Shown here piece by piece: positions 10,449 through 20,733 of a DNA stretch of 64,000 nucleotides. The stretch lies in sequence record NC_054921.1. One strand, 5' to 3'. Position numbers and translations under genes: made by a program. Every line of letters starts with the position of its first letter. The first letter of the stretch is position 1. Source of the stretch: Escherichia phage vB_EcoM_IME537. A model generated the notes under the pieces. That model had not been told where the DNA came from. It searched no databases and saw only the letters and a list, made by a program, of their open reading frames with translations.

Positions 10449-10479
10449 ATAGTACCACAGTCCTTGTGGTATGTAAACT
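10449..10479 (-). promoter_or_regulatory. T4-type early promoter
   Basis: - strand GTTTACA-N17-TGG-TACTAT followed by CAACTATCAGCTACGGAGGAG leader; spacer contains inverted repeat CCACA..TGTGG. Confidence 0.6.
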
Positions 10480-10495
10480 GTTTTGTGAAATTTTT

Positions 10496-11053
10496 TTAAA
10501 TGGAAAGATACCATCCGTTGTAGTTGCTTTTTCTTACAACCTTACGAAGGTCTTCTCTGTCACCGATGAACTTCGGAGTGTACTGGATGACACCTGGATG
10601 AATTTCTTTAGTGTTGAATATAATTATACAGTCAGCGACTTGGTGATTTAGAATGGGCCCTAGATTTATTCCAGAACCATATGGATACTCTCCGCTGCAT
10701 CCGGTTGTTACCGAAATCCAACGTGAGTCAGTTTGATGTGTCTTAACTTCTACACGAAGCCCACAGTATTTTGGATGCGCCAATACATCCCATGCATATG
10801 TGTACGGATCATCGACATCTTCTTGACCTTTGTTAACATACCCGCTCAGCCAATCTGCTACAAAAAATTCTGCGTACACAGCGATACGGCATCTTTCGAT
10901 AACTTCTGCCTTATCTTGATTTGGGTTTTGTTTTAAAGAGTATCTTGCTGTATCAGCAATTTTGGCCTTCATTTCACTAGTCAAGTCACTGTTCGATAGG
11001 GTAAATGTCGGAATCTGAAACAGTCTCTGTAACCCAGGATTCGTTTTCTGCAT
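10496..11053 (-). CDS. denB: DenB-like endonuclease IV
   Basis: 185 aa at the T4 denB position (between ndd block and rIIB); assignment by size and synteny only. Confidence 0.55.
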   Translation of the reverse strand: MQKTNPGLQRLFQIPTFTLSNSDLTSEMKAKIADTARYSLKQNPNQDKAEVIERCRIAVYAEFFVADWLSGYVNKGQEDVDDPYTYAWDVLAHPKYCGLRVEVKTHQTDSRWISVTTGCSGEYPYGSGINLGPILNHQVADCIIIFNTKEIHPGVIQYTPKFIGDREDLRKVVRKSNYNGWYLSI

Positions 11054-11315
11054 TTAGACTTTCCTTTTTACCACTGAGATAAGCGTTATATACTTTAAGA
11101 GTGCCGTAATAAATTCGGTCATTTTCATCTAAAGACTCGCGGTCAAGTTCATCGAGCTCCTTTTTATCCATGACTATAACATCATTACAGTAAAGAAACC
11201 CAAGTTTTTCGTGACCAAACTCAAATTTATTACAGTACACAATATTAGCGTGATGATTTCCGTGCAGTTTAATCTCTTTTATGTCGGAATCACCGATATT
11301 CATACAATAAATCAT
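10986..11315 (-). CDS. Hypothetical protein
   Basis: 109 aa ORF; 3' end overlaps the denB start region. Confidence 0.45.
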   Translation of the reverse strand: MIYCMNIGDSDIKEIKLHGNHHANIVYCNKFEFGHEKLGFLYCNDVIVMDKKELDELDRESLDENDRIYYGTLKVYNAYLSGKKESLNAENESWVTETVSDSDIYPIEQ

Positions 11316-11324
11316 AATTTTTCC

Positions 11325-11349
11325 TTAAAACAAAAGGGCCGAAGCCCTT
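11325..11349 (-). terminator. Rho-independent terminator-like hairpin (GGGC-UUCG-GCCC + U-tract)
   Basis: On - strand AAGGGCTTCGGCCCTT followed by TTTGTTTTAAGG. Confidence 0.5.
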
Positions 11350-11353
11350 TATT

Positions 11354-11548
11354 TTACTTGAATTGTGCAATTCTTTTCTCTAGACATTCAGCATAAGATT
11401 TCATTGAGATAAACTGCGAAAGTAGCAGTTCTTGCTCAACTGCGCTAACTGTTAGAAACTTTGCGCTTTCTAAAAATTTGCTCAGTGCATTAATTTTGAG
11501 CATTAATTGATCGTATTCTTCTTTTACTCGTGCTTGATAACCTAACAT
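11354..11548 (-). CDS. Hypothetical protein
   Basis: 64 aa ORF flanked by two GC hairpins. Confidence 0.45.
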   Translation of the reverse strand: MLGYQARVKEEYDQLMLKINALSKFLESAKFLTVSAVEQELLLSQFISMKSYAECLEKRIAQFK

Positions 11549-11580
11549 AATTTTCCTTAATGTAATAAGGGCCGAAGCCT

Positions 11581-12519
11581 TTATTTGAATTGTTCAGTAA
11601 CGTCTTCAACTACTTCGTATTGGCAGGTACGCATTTTAGCATCGTTGTAATCAATCGGAATTGATACTACATCACGCGGATGTACTTTAACTTTTACAAC
11701 TCGGCTGGTTGAACTGCCAAAGTGACGAATATAAGATTTAGAACACACATGCAGACCATGAGAACAAGTTTGTGTATCATCGTCATTCACACGAGTACGT
11801 GGCATTTTAACTACTTTACCCGGACTGTTATCAAAGGTGTTTGAGTGACAGTCAAAGTAATTGCTACGAACTACTTTCCAAGCATAGAAGTAACCATCTT
11901 CTGTAATTTCAATATCGTTTGCTACCAAGAAATCAAAGAGTCGAGATACCGCTTTTTGGCTTGGGTTTTCCAACAGATTTTCCAGGAACGGAAAATAAAA
12001 TTCAAAGTTTTCACCTTTTTCCATCGAATCAAGAATACGATCAACTAAACCAGACCGCAATTCAATATTTTGATAGAACAGGCTTCCACCTTCAATTCGA
12101 ACATCACCGGAAATATATTTTTCAACAGCGCGACGAACATTAATTTTTTGTGCCGCTTCTTCCAATTTATCTGCAACAAGCAGATTAAGAATTTCCTGGA
12201 AGTTTGAATGAGTATTAGGAGTTGCGTTATAAGTTACGCCATCAACAGTAATTGAAATGAATTTTTTAGATGCATTCCAAATAATGTCAGATTTAGCAAC
12301 TGGAGCAATAGCTACATCACTCTTAACTTCAACTGTAATGTCACCGCTAATGGTAACTTTGGAGCGCTCAACTTCTTCAGCATTTTTCAAAACACGACGG
12401 ATTGTGTCAACCGATACATCTTTCCAATAAGCCAATTCCTGTTGGGTATAATTACCGCTTGAATACAGTTTAACAATTTCAGCTTGTTCGTTTTTGGTCA
12501 GGCATTTAATATTGTACAT
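11581..12519 (-). CDS. rIIB: rIIB protein
   Basis: 312 aa, same size and position as T4 rIIB, immediately downstream of rIIA. Confidence 0.85.
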   Translation of the reverse strand: MYNIKCLTKNEQAEIVKLYSSGNYTQQELAYWKDVSVDTIRRVLKNAEEVERSKVTISGDITVEVKSDVAIAPVAKSDIIWNASKKFISITVDGVTYNATPNTHSNFQEILNLLVADKLEEAAQKINVRRAVEKYISGDVRIEGGSLFYQNIELRSGLVDRILDSMEKGENFEFYFPFLENLLENPSQKAVSRLFDFLVANDIEITEDGYFYAWKVVRSNYFDCHSNTFDNSPGKVVKMPRTRVNDDDTQTCSHGLHVCSKSYIRHFGSSTSRVVKVKVHPRDVVSIPIDYNDAKMRTCQYEVVEDVTEQFK

Positions 12520-12530
12520 AATTTTCCTTA

Positions 12531-14708
12531 TTAGGCCGCAAGGGCCTTCATAGTTTTAGCGATTTGGGAAACTTCATCATCACTTAAAGAGTTGCGATAA
12601 CCGATGAAGTCAGAAACAATACGGAATTTCTTGGTAAACTCAGCAACCATTTTATCACTGTTTTTTGAAGCATTACGTGATAATTCATCAAAGAGATTAG
12701 TTACTGTCCAGATGTCATGACCGATGGTATCTCTTCCACCATTAAAATATACACCCTGTAATGAACTAACCATATTAGCAAGTCGTGTATATTCTTCAGA
12801 AACTTCATCTACACTGAAGTACTTCATCATAAAATCTAGTTCAGGATACTTAATAATTTTATCAATATATCGTTTAGCTGAACTTGAATAACCTACATAC
12901 TTATCATAATCTACATCATCAAAAGCATCTACATATAAATCACGCAAAGTTTCAAAAATACATTGGCACTGACCAAGTTCTTTTACCTTTTTCTGCAAAA
13001 GCGGACGAATAACATAAAATTCATTAATGCCAATAAGATTAGCCATACGAATCAAAATATTCGTAGATGGATGACAAAGCGATGTAGTACCATCCATAGA
13101 GAAAATATCAGAACGATGCATGTATGCTACATAACCAGTAATTTCATCTGCTTCTGACGTAAGTGTAAACAATTCCTCTTTTTCCCAGCGCCCGTCTTTA
13201 ATTTCAAACTTAAATGCGGTGGCAGCTTTAGGACGAGGAGCTGTACTTTTTACTGCCTTTGGAATATAACTTTTAACTAAAGCTTCAATTTCTGACAAAT
13301 AATGAATGTTAACTTCATCACTTTCAAACATTGCCATAATATCAGGAAGCAAATCAATCTGCGATTCTACTTCCGGATTAATAAACAGAAGACGCTCATT
13401 GTGATGAATATTCAAAGTGTTATTAAATTCACTATCATCTAATGCACGTGCTAATCCACGGACAATATTAACACGATTTTTAATATTATCAATAACGATA
13501 TTAATTTTTGTTGTGTTAATACCAAACAGACGATAACTTGATGCAACGGCTGAAGTTTCATGACTTTGCTTAATGCGTTTTAGTCGAGGGTCAAGATTTA
13601 CTTCATACACAACCCCTGCATTGCATAACTTACTGTCAGGTTCAAACATGCTTTGCATCTTCTTATATGACAGATTTTTAGTCGTGAATTTGACCGAATT
13701 ACTAATCATATAATCTCGAGCAGAATATCCCATCTTCATCAATTCACGGTATGTATGACGAGGAGATGTAGATTCTTTAAATCGTTTTACATCTTCATTA
13801 AATGCCTTCTCACTGAGCTCTTTAACACGCTCAATAATATTTTTACGAGTACGATCATCTAGTGAAAGAGCCTCACGCGATGGAGCAATATCAAGTGAAC
13901 CCATTGGAAACTTAATGTAATTCACTTCATTACGAATGCTTAACCAGTTACGGTCTCTAATAACACCGTCTATAGGATAAACAATACCACCATAGATAGC
14001 ATATAATCCACCACGATCTGGCCAGTATCTTTCTGGATTTACGCCGTAATAATCATCAAAATCAGGAAAATAATCAATTTCGCGGTCAAGACCATTAATG
14101 ATAGCCAAATCTTTGAATGGTCGCATGATATAAGAAACTTCATAAGCAAAGTTTCTAAAGTCTTTTTCTTCAACTGGAACTACGATTTCAATACCAGTTT
14201 TATCGTCTGGACCCATTTCTTTTACGAATGTAGGTTTAATCTGCGGACCGTCACCATCCATGTAAGCTACATAACCACGAATTTCGCCTTTATGATATGA
14301 AGTGATACTAAACGTATCAGTATAACTAAACGGAGATTTAGAACCTAAACCAAATCCACCAATGAAATCATTAGATTCAGCCTTAGATGAACTGAAGTAT
14401 GAATTATACAACCCAGGAGAATTATCATCACCCTGAATATCAAAATCGCTCATACCCGGACCAAAATCTCGACAAACAAATCGCGGATCTAATCGTCCTG
14501 GAACTTGAATGATAAATTTTTCAGGATTTCCATTAAGAGCATGGGCATCAATCATGTTGGTAATCAATTCACGGACTACTGCGCGAATCTTGTTTGTATA
14601 CAAATCAGATGATAGAATTTTAAATACTTTAGGAGATGCTGTGATGCTAAATGCTTTTGATTTAGAACCATTACCAAGAATTGTTTCTTTTTCAGTGGTG
14701 ATAATCAT
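12531..14708 (-). CDS. rIIA: rIIA protein
   Basis: 725 aa with GHKL-type ATPase-like N-terminal region (..LITNMIDAH.., ..RDFGPGM..); same size as T4 rIIA. Confidence 0.9.
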   Translation of the reverse strand: MIITTEKETILGNGSKSKAFSITASPKVFKILSSDLYTNKIRAVVRELITNMIDAHALNGNPEKFIIQVPGRLDPRFVCRDFGPGMSDFDIQGDDNSPGLYNSYFSSSKAESNDFIGGFGLGSKSPFSYTDTFSITSYHKGEIRGYVAYMDGDGPQIKPTFVKEMGPDDKTGIEIVVPVEEKDFRNFAYEVSYIMRPFKDLAIINGLDREIDYFPDFDDYYGVNPERYWPDRGGLYAIYGGIVYPIDGVIRDRNWLSIRNEVNYIKFPMGSLDIAPSREALSLDDRTRKNIIERVKELSEKAFNEDVKRFKESTSPRHTYRELMKMGYSARDYMISNSVKFTTKNLSYKKMQSMFEPDSKLCNAGVVYEVNLDPRLKRIKQSHETSAVASSYRLFGINTTKINIVIDNIKNRVNIVRGLARALDDSEFNNTLNIHHNERLLFINPEVESQIDLLPDIMAMFESDEVNIHYLSEIEALVKSYIPKAVKSTAPRPKAATAFKFEIKDGRWEKEELFTLTSEADEITGYVAYMHRSDIFSMDGTTSLCHPSTNILIRMANLIGINEFYVIRPLLQKKVKELGQCQCIFETLRDLYVDAFDDVDYDKYVGYSSSAKRYIDKIIKYPELDFMMKYFSVDEVSEEYTRLANMVSSLQGVYFNGGRDTIGHDIWTVTNLFDELSRNASKNSDKMVAEFTKKFRIVSDFIGYRNSLSDDEVSQIAKTMKALAA

Positions 14709-14718
14709 AATTTCCTCA

Positions 14719-14922
14719 TTAATTCATATTGCGTTTAATAACTTCAACAACTTCTAGTAGTTCATCTTTAGTTGCGGTGTCGGATTGAATTTTATCTCTA
14801 ATATCCTTAAAGCGGTTTTTAAACTCTTCAGCTTCTCCCATATCGAAAAAGCGTTGAATGATTCTATATTCTCGATGAACTGCTTTATCAAAAAGTTCTA
14901 AATTTACTTTGTATGATTTCAT
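14719..14922 (-). CDS. Hypothetical protein rIIA.1-like
   Basis: 67 aa ORF immediately upstream of rIIA, downstream of an early promoter. Confidence 0.5.
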   Translation of the reverse strand: MKSYKVNLELFDKAVHREYRIIQRFFDMGEAEEFKNRFKDIRDKIQSDTATKDELLEVVEVIKRNMN

Positions 14923-14947
14923 TTCAATATCCTCATTTGCTCAATTA

Positions 14948-14977
14948 ATTATACCACATCCTTGTGGTAAAGTAAAC
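14948..14977 (-). promoter_or_regulatory. T4-type early promoter
   Basis: - strand GTTTACTTTACCACAAGGATGTGGTATAAT; core nearly identical to the promoter at 61710-61739. Confidence 0.65.
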
Positions 14978-16797
14978 TACTGGCTCATCCATTCTTTACG
15001 AAGGTCAGCATTATCTCCCATGAGCATTTCAAAAAGCTCTTTCCAATTCTCAGGAAGTTTAACAACATCATATACTGGGTTTTGAATCATCTCACGATAT
15101 TCAGATTTTTCCAAAGAGCCAAGTCCCTTAATATAACGGATGCTATGTTTAGGTAGAGCATCTTTGGCACTCTCATATTCAGCGACTGTATAAAACCATT
15201 CTTGTTTTTTGCCGACCTGAGCGATGATTACAGGAGTTTTGACAAAGCGAATTCTTCCTTGTTCAAACAATTCTGGCCAATTACTAAAAAATCCGAGCAG
15301 AGAAGGATAAATGCTTCCTAGACCATCATGGTCAGCATCGGTCATAATTGCAATATTATGATAATTCAAGTTTTCGGCTTTTTCACCAAGAACTAATCCA
15401 GTGATTGCGCAAATATCAAACAGTTCTTTGTTTTTAAGCATATCAGCATATGACATACCCCAACTGTTGAGAACTTTACCACGCAATGGATAACCACCAT
15501 GAAGTTCTTTATCACGAACATCAATAAGATATCCAATAGCAGAATCACCCTCAGTCAAGAAAAGAGTAGTATCAGCATCTTTACCACAAAGATTCGCTTT
15601 AATATGTTTATGAACCTTAGCTTTAGAAGCCTTTTTAGCTGCTTTAGTTTCTGCTGCTTTTTCTGCCGCCAATTTACGAGCAAGGGCAGCTTCAATGATT
15701 GGCATTAAAATTGCTTCATTATTTAAAATAGCACGTGAAATCTTTTTAGCATCAAGCTGAATATGACTACGGATTTCACCAAATGGAGAAGTAAGTCGTT
15801 CTTTAGTTTGAGAATCAAATCGCATGTTTTTCATATCACGGACAAACATAACGATAGTCAAACATTCTTTGACACGTGCTTTAGTTACATCAATTTTGAA
15901 TTTACGTTTGATTTGTGGAATAAGGTCTTCACAAATATCATCCATAACGCAGTCAATGTGATGGCCACCATTCTTAGTATGAATGTTATTGACGTATGTT
16001 AATTGACGAAAACCATCCGGTGAACGACCAACAGCAATAGAACAATTTTCTTGTTCTTGAACGATAGCATGTTCATCATACTGTCGTGCATATTTCTTAA
16101 AATTACCCTGAACCTTTTTACCATTAAAGGTAAATTGAATATCAGGATAAACTACTGCAAGTGTCTGGAGACGATCCAGTGTAATGTCAAGATAAACTTG
16201 AGATAGCTCATTAGTTTCAAATGACATAAAATCAGGAATGAAAGTAACGCGAGTTCCTTTCCATTTTCCAGGAATAGTTTCCCACGATTTATTTTCCATG
16301 CCATTTGAACAACGAACTACAATATTATTTTGACCATCGCCGGTTTCACCGACAAACATCACAGAAAAAATATTAGTTAAACTAGAACCAACACCATTCA
16401 TACCACCAGTGACGCGTTCTTTATCATCACCGAAGTTACCACCTGCTTTTGGAATAGTCCATGCAGCAACTGGACCAGGAATTTCTTCACCGGTAGGTGT
16501 TTTAACCATCGCCTGTGGAATACCGCGACCGTTATCTTCAACTGTTACTTGATTGTTTTTAATAGTAACATTAATTTTATTTGCGAATTTAAACTTAGTA
16601 CGAATACCTTCATCTACTGAGTTATCGATAATTTCATCAATAAGCTTAACAAGACCAGGTACATACTGAACACTTTCCCATTTACCAAACAGAAAGCGCT
16701 CATGCATTTCATTAGCTGAAGAGCCAATGTACATGCCGCTACGCTTTTTGATATGTTCAATATCGCTCAGAATTTTAATTTCATTCTTAATCATCAC
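14977..16797 (-). CDS. 39: DNA topoisomerase II large subunit gp39 (GyrB-like), unsplit
   Basis: 606 aa continuous ORF with GHKL ATPase motifs (..EDNGRGIP.., ..GGKFG-like..) and Toprim region; no gene 60 split or bypass. Confidence 0.9.
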   Translation of the reverse strand: MMIKNEIKILSDIEHIKKRSGMYIGSSANEMHERFLFGKWESVQYVPGLVKLIDEIIDNSVDEGIRTKFKFANKINVTIKNNQVTVEDNGRGIPQAMVKTPTGEEIPGPVAAWTIPKAGGNFGDDKERVTGGMNGVGSSLTNIFSVMFVGETGDGQNNIVVRCSNGMENKSWETIPGKWKGTRVTFIPDFMSFETNELSQVYLDITLDRLQTLAVVYPDIQFTFNGKKVQGNFKKYARQYDEHAIVQEQENCSIAVGRSPDGFRQLTYVNNIHTKNGGHHIDCVMDDICEDLIPQIKRKFKIDVTKARVKECLTIVMFVRDMKNMRFDSQTKERLTSPFGEIRSHIQLDAKKISRAILNNEAILMPIIEAALARKLAAEKAAETKAAKKASKAKVHKHIKANLCGKDADTTLFLTEGDSAIGYLIDVRDKELHGGYPLRGKVLNSWGMSYADMLKNKELFDICAITGLVLGEKAENLNYHNIAIMTDADHDGLGSIYPSLLGFFSNWPELFEQGRIRFVKTPVIIAQVGKKQEWFYTVAEYESAKDALPKHSIRYIKGLGSLEKSEYREMIQNPVYDVVKLPENWKELFEMLMGDNADLRKEWMSQ

Positions 16798-16846
16798 TTA
16801 TCCTCGTTTGGTTTCGGGAATATTATACTCCAATAATCATAAAGCT

Positions 16847-16864
16847 AAAGGCCCGAAGGCCTTT
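16847..16864 (-). terminator. GC hairpin (AAAGGCC-UUCG-GGCCUUU) downstream of gene 39
   Basis: Inverted repeat with UUCG loop; followed on - strand by TTTAGCTTTATG. Confidence 0.4.
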
Positions 16865-17124
16865 TATTTAAAACGAATAGTCGAATCCTTGAAGAATAGT
16901 CCAGAACATACTGTTCCTTCTACTTTCTGCCCAGTAGGTCCAATAGCACGAAATCCAGTATGTTGGAAATCATTTTCAGAGCAACCGAACCAATTATATC
17001 CAGTGATTTCAATATTAGTAAAACCACTTGAAGACAAAACTTTGGTTGCATTATCAGCATCAGTACATCCTACTAAAGACACTGCTAATACTAATGCTGC
17101 AATAGAACGATTAATATATTTCAT
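16864..17124 (-). CDS. Putative lipoprotein
   Basis: 86 aa; N-terminal signal peptide with lipobox (ALVLAVSLVGC). Confidence 0.55.
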   Translation of the reverse strand: MKYINRSIAALVLAVSLVGCTDADNATKVLSSSGFTNIEITGYNWFGCSENDFQHTGFRAIGPTGQKVEGTVCSGLFFKDSTIRFK

Positions 17125-17126
17125 AA

Positions 17127-17303
17127 TTACCCTTTAAGCAAGTCGTAAAATCCACCATTCACATGCTTAGGAGCGGAAACTAACCGAATAGCAATCCGAT
17201 GACAATCAGGACATACATCAGTATCCCTTTCAGAAATTTTCTTGATTTTTTCGTATTCTTTTGCACAGTCTTTGGATTGACATTTATAATCATAAAGAGG
17301 CAT
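17127..17303 (-). CDS. Zinc-ribbon protein (58 aa)
   Basis: Hand-translated MPLYDYKCQSKDCAKEYEKIKKISERDTDVCPDCHRIAIRLVSAPKHVNGGFYDLLKG; two CxxC pairs. Confidence 0.5.
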   Translation of the reverse strand: MPLYDYKCQSKDCAKEYEKIKKISERDTDVCPDCHRIAIRLVSAPKHVNGGFYDLLKG

Positions 17304-17305
17304 AA

Positions 17306-17737
17306 TTATTCCTTAAAGTGAGCTTTCAACATCTGATACAAGGACCATGCTTGTTCATTATTTTCAATAGTAACTTTCATTACCGGGAATTCAGATGGTT
17401 CAGTTACTGGTGCAGGGTCTTCCTGCTCTTCAGCTGCCTGGTATGGATTTTCAACTTCATCAAAGAATTCAGCTTCATTCGATGAAAGCCAAATAAAATC
17501 TTCATCCAAAATATCTTTACCGGAGGATAATGCCAATCTTCCAGTAGATGTCACAATTTTAGTAGGACGACCAAGATAGTCAATATCTATAACTTTAAAA
17601 GGTTCCATACCTAAACGTCGTGCATAAATTCCGTTTTCAGTATGATATTTAATAAATTTTTCTTGAGCTTGTTTATTTTTAAATTGATACCATTTATTAA
17701 CTTCAAATTTAATAGCCATTAATAAATTTCCTTCCAA
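17306..17737 (-). CDS. Hypothetical protein (goF-like position)
   Basis: 143 aa; position corresponds to T4 goF by synteny only. Confidence 0.45.
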   Translation of the reverse strand: MEGNLLMAIKFEVNKWYQFKNKQAQEKFIKYHTENGIYARRLGMEPFKVIDIDYLGRPTKIVTSTGRLALSSGKDILDEDFIWLSSNEAEFFDEVENPYQAAEEQEDPAPVTEPSEFPVMKVTIENNEQAWSLYQMLKAHFKE

Positions 17738-17934
17738 TAAGTTGTGCCATTTTCAGTAATTTCACGAAATACACCATAAATTGGTTGTTTATCACCGACT
17801 TTCTCATACACATAAACAGAAGTCAAGTGAGTAAACTTGCTAGTATGTTCCTTTTGAACTACTACCAAATTTGGATCAAATAATACATCTTCAAATTCAT
17901 CATTAGTGCAATTCTGAACAATTTTACGTTTCAT
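17719..17934 (-). CDS. Hypothetical protein (cef-like position)
   Basis: 71 aa, same length as T4 cef; GAGGAA RBS. Confidence 0.45.
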   Translation of the reverse strand: MKRKIVQNCTNDEFEDVLFDPNLVVVQKEHTSKFTHLTSVYVYEKVGDKQPIYGVFREITENGTTYWKEIY

Positions 17935-18053
17935 TACAATTTCCTCATTAATTGAACATTGGAGCGATGCGTTTCAGAAGAGTAGCAGCACCTTTGGCGA
18001 ATTTTTCATTTTATTCTCCAAGTTGTTTTCTGTATCAGTAGTTGATATTTGAT

Positions 18054-18085
18054 ATAGTACCATAATCAACTACTGATGTATATAG
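18054..18085 (-). promoter_or_regulatory. Early promoter-like element with TGG-TACTAT -10 and 12-bp inverted repeat
   Basis: - strand TATACA-N17-TGGTACTATAT; flanked by perfect inverted repeat TCAGTAGTTGAT / ATCAACTACTGA. Confidence 0.45.
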
Positions 18086-18106
18086 TTTTATGAAAAATTT
18101 TAAACT

Positions 18107-18604
18107 TTATGCACAGCGAGCTTTGCTATAGTGTTTAATCCAACTTTCAGGAATGACTTTGTATGTTCCTAAAAATACCGCGTTGTACAACTTAACGCCA
18201 TCTTCTACCCACTGATCGGTAATGTATGCACACATAGCACGAGTACGACGTTTTTGAACAACCCCTTCCTCATCTTCAGTAAATTCGAATTCATAAGGAG
18301 CAACGAACTTAATAGCCTGACCGAGTTTCCACTTAAAGTCTACACCTACATGCGAAGTATCAATCGTTTCAATTCCTTTAACAGGAACAGCTTTCAAAAA
18401 CGCAGACTCAAGAAATTTCGCACGAACATAGCCAAACTGAGGTTTAGACTTTCCATCTTTAGGAATGATACGCACTTTTACTTCAGAATCTTCATCTTTA
18501 ACGCCATGTTTAAGCTGAATGCTTACAATTTCGACCAATTTTCCTGCTGCTTTAGAACGGGATTTATCAGATACACGAGCAATTTCACCAATATTAATAA
18601 TCAT
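18107..18604 (-). CDS. Hypothetical protein (motB-like position), paralog of 18681-19226
   Basis: 165 aa; C-terminal motif ..YITDQWVEDGVKLYNAVF.. shared with the next ORF. Confidence 0.5.
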   Translation of the reverse strand: MIINIGEIARVSDKSRSKAAGKLVEIVSIQLKHGVKDEDSEVKVRIIPKDGKSKPQFGYVRAKFLESAFLKAVPVKGIETIDTSHVGVDFKWKLGQAIKFVAPYEFEFTEDEEGVVQKRRTRAMCAYITDQWVEDGVKLYNAVFLGTYKVIPESWIKHYSKARCA

Positions 18605-18680
18605 AGTTATCTCTCACTTGTTAAAAAGATTTTATACTCCACAGGACCATTATACTCTGGTCCCAAGAGTTTGTAAACTA

Positions 18681-19226
18681 TTAATTCAAAATAGCTACCA
18701 CTGCACTACGAGGTACTACGCTAAAATCACCTGCATGAACAACATTCAGAAGTTCAACACCATCTTCAATCCACTGGTCTGTTACCCAACCACAGATAGG
18801 ATTATCAAAAGGACGACGGATAGACACAGCAGCACACAACAGGTCTGTAGGGTCTTGCTCTTCAACTTCTTGGAACAGAATGAACTCTGCTTCATAAACC
18901 AGGATTTTCTCTATTTTGTTATTGTCTAAACGACGACCGTGGACAATATAAGATTTAGTAAACCATTTACTTTTTTCAAAGTCTTCAACGGTAAATTCGC
19001 CTTCGCCAAAAACATCAGTCAAAGTTTTATGGCCGGAAATCAAGGCATTAGTTTTAATTTCAGGTTCAACCAGTTTGTAGGTTTTGCCGATTTCAATAGC
19101 GATAGTCATAGTAGGTTCCTTAATTTCCAGTGGTTTAACAGGGCATACATAAGTGCTTACAACATCAAAATCAATCAGTTTAGCTACCGGATTTGGCGTG
19201 TATTCAGGATTATAATTAAATTTCAT
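18681..19226 (-). CDS. Hypothetical protein, paralog of 18107-18604
   Basis: 181 aa; C-terminal ..GWVTDQWIEDGVELLNVVHAGDFSVVP.. parallels the upstream neighbour. Confidence 0.5.
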   Translation of the reverse strand: MKFNYNPEYTPNPVAKLIDFDVVSTYVCPVKPLEIKEPTMTIAIEIGKTYKLVEPEIKTNALISGHKTLTDVFGEGEFTVEDFEKSKWFTKSYIVHGRRLDNNKIEKILVYEAEFILFQEVEEQDPTDLLCAAVSIRRPFDNPICGWVTDQWIEDGVELLNVVHAGDFSVVPRSAVVAILN

Positions 19227-19228
19227 AA

Positions 19229-19768
19229 TTATCTCATTTCAATAAAATCTACGAGTTCAGCATGGGATTTACGGAACATTACTTGGTGCCCGCCAATGAT
19301 AACTTCATCTTCAGGAACTTCATATACAGCGAGATAAAATCCTTTAGAAGATAATTCTTCGCGTTCTTCTCGTGTGAACCATCTCATCATATCATATTCG
19401 CTAGCGAAAGCAAAATGATAAAGAGCTATAAACCATCCTGGAATATGATATTCGACTCCAACATAATCTTTCTTGAACTTAGTATTAATTACTATATTAG
19501 CGTTTTTAACTAATAGTTTATCTTCGTGTGGTAAAGGAATTCTTTTATTATTATCGCTATGATGCATAAAATTAGGTCTATCATAACCTACGTGTAATAA
19601 CCACTCTTCGCTCCATGAATCTATTATACTCCTGTACGGCGTTATTTGAACACAAAGATTTCGACGTATTGTTATAGCATCTTCACAATTAAGAATACTA
19701 AACGATGATTCAACACGATAAATTTTCATTTTATTATCCTCAGTAGCTATGGTGTTATAATACCACAA
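19229..19768 (-). CDS. Hypothetical protein
   Basis: 179 aa ORF; likely start at internal MKIYRV.. close to the promoter. Confidence 0.5.
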   Translation of the reverse strand: MWYYNTIATEDNKMKIYRVESSFSILNCEDAITIRRNLCVQITPYRSIIDSWSEEWLLHVGYDRPNFMHHSDNNKRIPLPHEDKLLVKNANIVINTKFKKDYVGVEYHIPGWFIALYHFAFASEYDMMRWFTREEREELSSKGFYLAVYEVPEDEVIIGGHQVMFRKSHAELVDFIEMR

Positions 19769-19786
19769 CTAACCGAGGAAGTAAAC
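19757..19786 (-). promoter_or_regulatory. T4-type early promoter
   Basis: - strand GTTTACTTCCTCGGTTAGTTGTGGTATTAT. Confidence 0.55.
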
Positions 19787-19792
19787 AACTTT

Positions 19793-20476
19793 TTATCGTT
19801 TTGTTGGAAGAGATAGAGGATCGCAATCTTCCTCTGATGGAGCATCTTCAAGACCCATAGCGTATCGCAAAGCATACTTCATCATCAGGATGTCTTTCGC
19901 ACAGTCATGAATAGAATTATGCGCAACAAATCCATCTAAAGTTCCCTTTGGAAGGGGACACGTTGTCATATCACGAACAAGCAGAAGTGCTTCAATTCTG
20001 GTACGAATATCACGCTGATTCCAAAATTTACATGGTTCTAACTTAAATGTGTCAAGCTCATTCTCAGATACACCATTAAGGCGTTGAATATCACGAATGA
20101 GATCGACTAAAATTGGAAAATCAAACGACATTCCACGGCACCAGCCTTGAGATTTCCAAGGATCGATATTGTGTGCATTGATGTAATCATTAAATTTTGC
20201 AATACCATCGATAGTGCTTACATCTTCATCTGATGGTGCAATATTTTTTCTAGCTTCAGGAGATTGATTCTTCCACCATTCGATAGTGCTTTTAGTAAAA
20301 AGACGATGTCCTTTTTGGCTTTTTAAATCAAATTTGATTTTAATGCCACGTGAAACTAATTCATCGAATGTTTCAACGACTTCTGGATTAGGGTCAAAAG
20401 CAATTACAGCCAAATCAATAACAGCTGCTTTTTCACCACTTCCCATTGTTTCAAAATCTATAATAAAATCAAACAT
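19793..20476 (-). CDS. dexA: Exonuclease A DexA (DEDD 3'-5' exonuclease)
   Basis: 227 aa; N-terminal FDFIIDFETMG.. DnaQ-like Exo I motif; same size as T4 DexA. Confidence 0.8.
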   Translation of the reverse strand: MFDFIIDFETMGSGEKAAVIDLAVIAFDPNPEVVETFDELVSRGIKIKFDLKSQKGHRLFTKSTIEWWKNQSPEARKNIAPSDEDVSTIDGIAKFNDYINAHNIDPWKSQGWCRGMSFDFPILVDLIRDIQRLNGVSENELDTFKLEPCKFWNQRDIRTRIEALLLVRDMTTCPLPKGTLDGFVAHNSIHDCAKDILMMKYALRYAMGLEDAPSEEDCDPLSLPTKR

Positions 20477-20733
20477 TAAATTTTCCTTGCTAAATCGCGA
20501 ATTTGACCTACAGTATAGTCTTGAATATAAACTTTATTAATGGGCTCATCAATAAATTTTGCCACAGATTCAATGTCTTTTTGTATCTCTTCAAGACTGT
20601 ATACTATCTTTGAAGCTTTTTCGCGAATAGTAATATTTTCAGGACCTGGATTTTCTTCAATGACATCTTTAACACTTGTCATAAGAGATTTAAACTGCCA
20701 CCAACTTAATTCAATCATTAATAATCGCCTCAT
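20476..20733 (-). CDS. Hypothetical protein (dexA.1-like)
   Basis: 85 aa. Confidence 0.45.
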   Translation of the reverse strand: MRRLLMIELSWWQFKSLMTSVKDVIEENPGPENITIREKASKIVYSLEEIQKDIESVAKFIDEPINKVYIQDYTVGQIRDLARKI

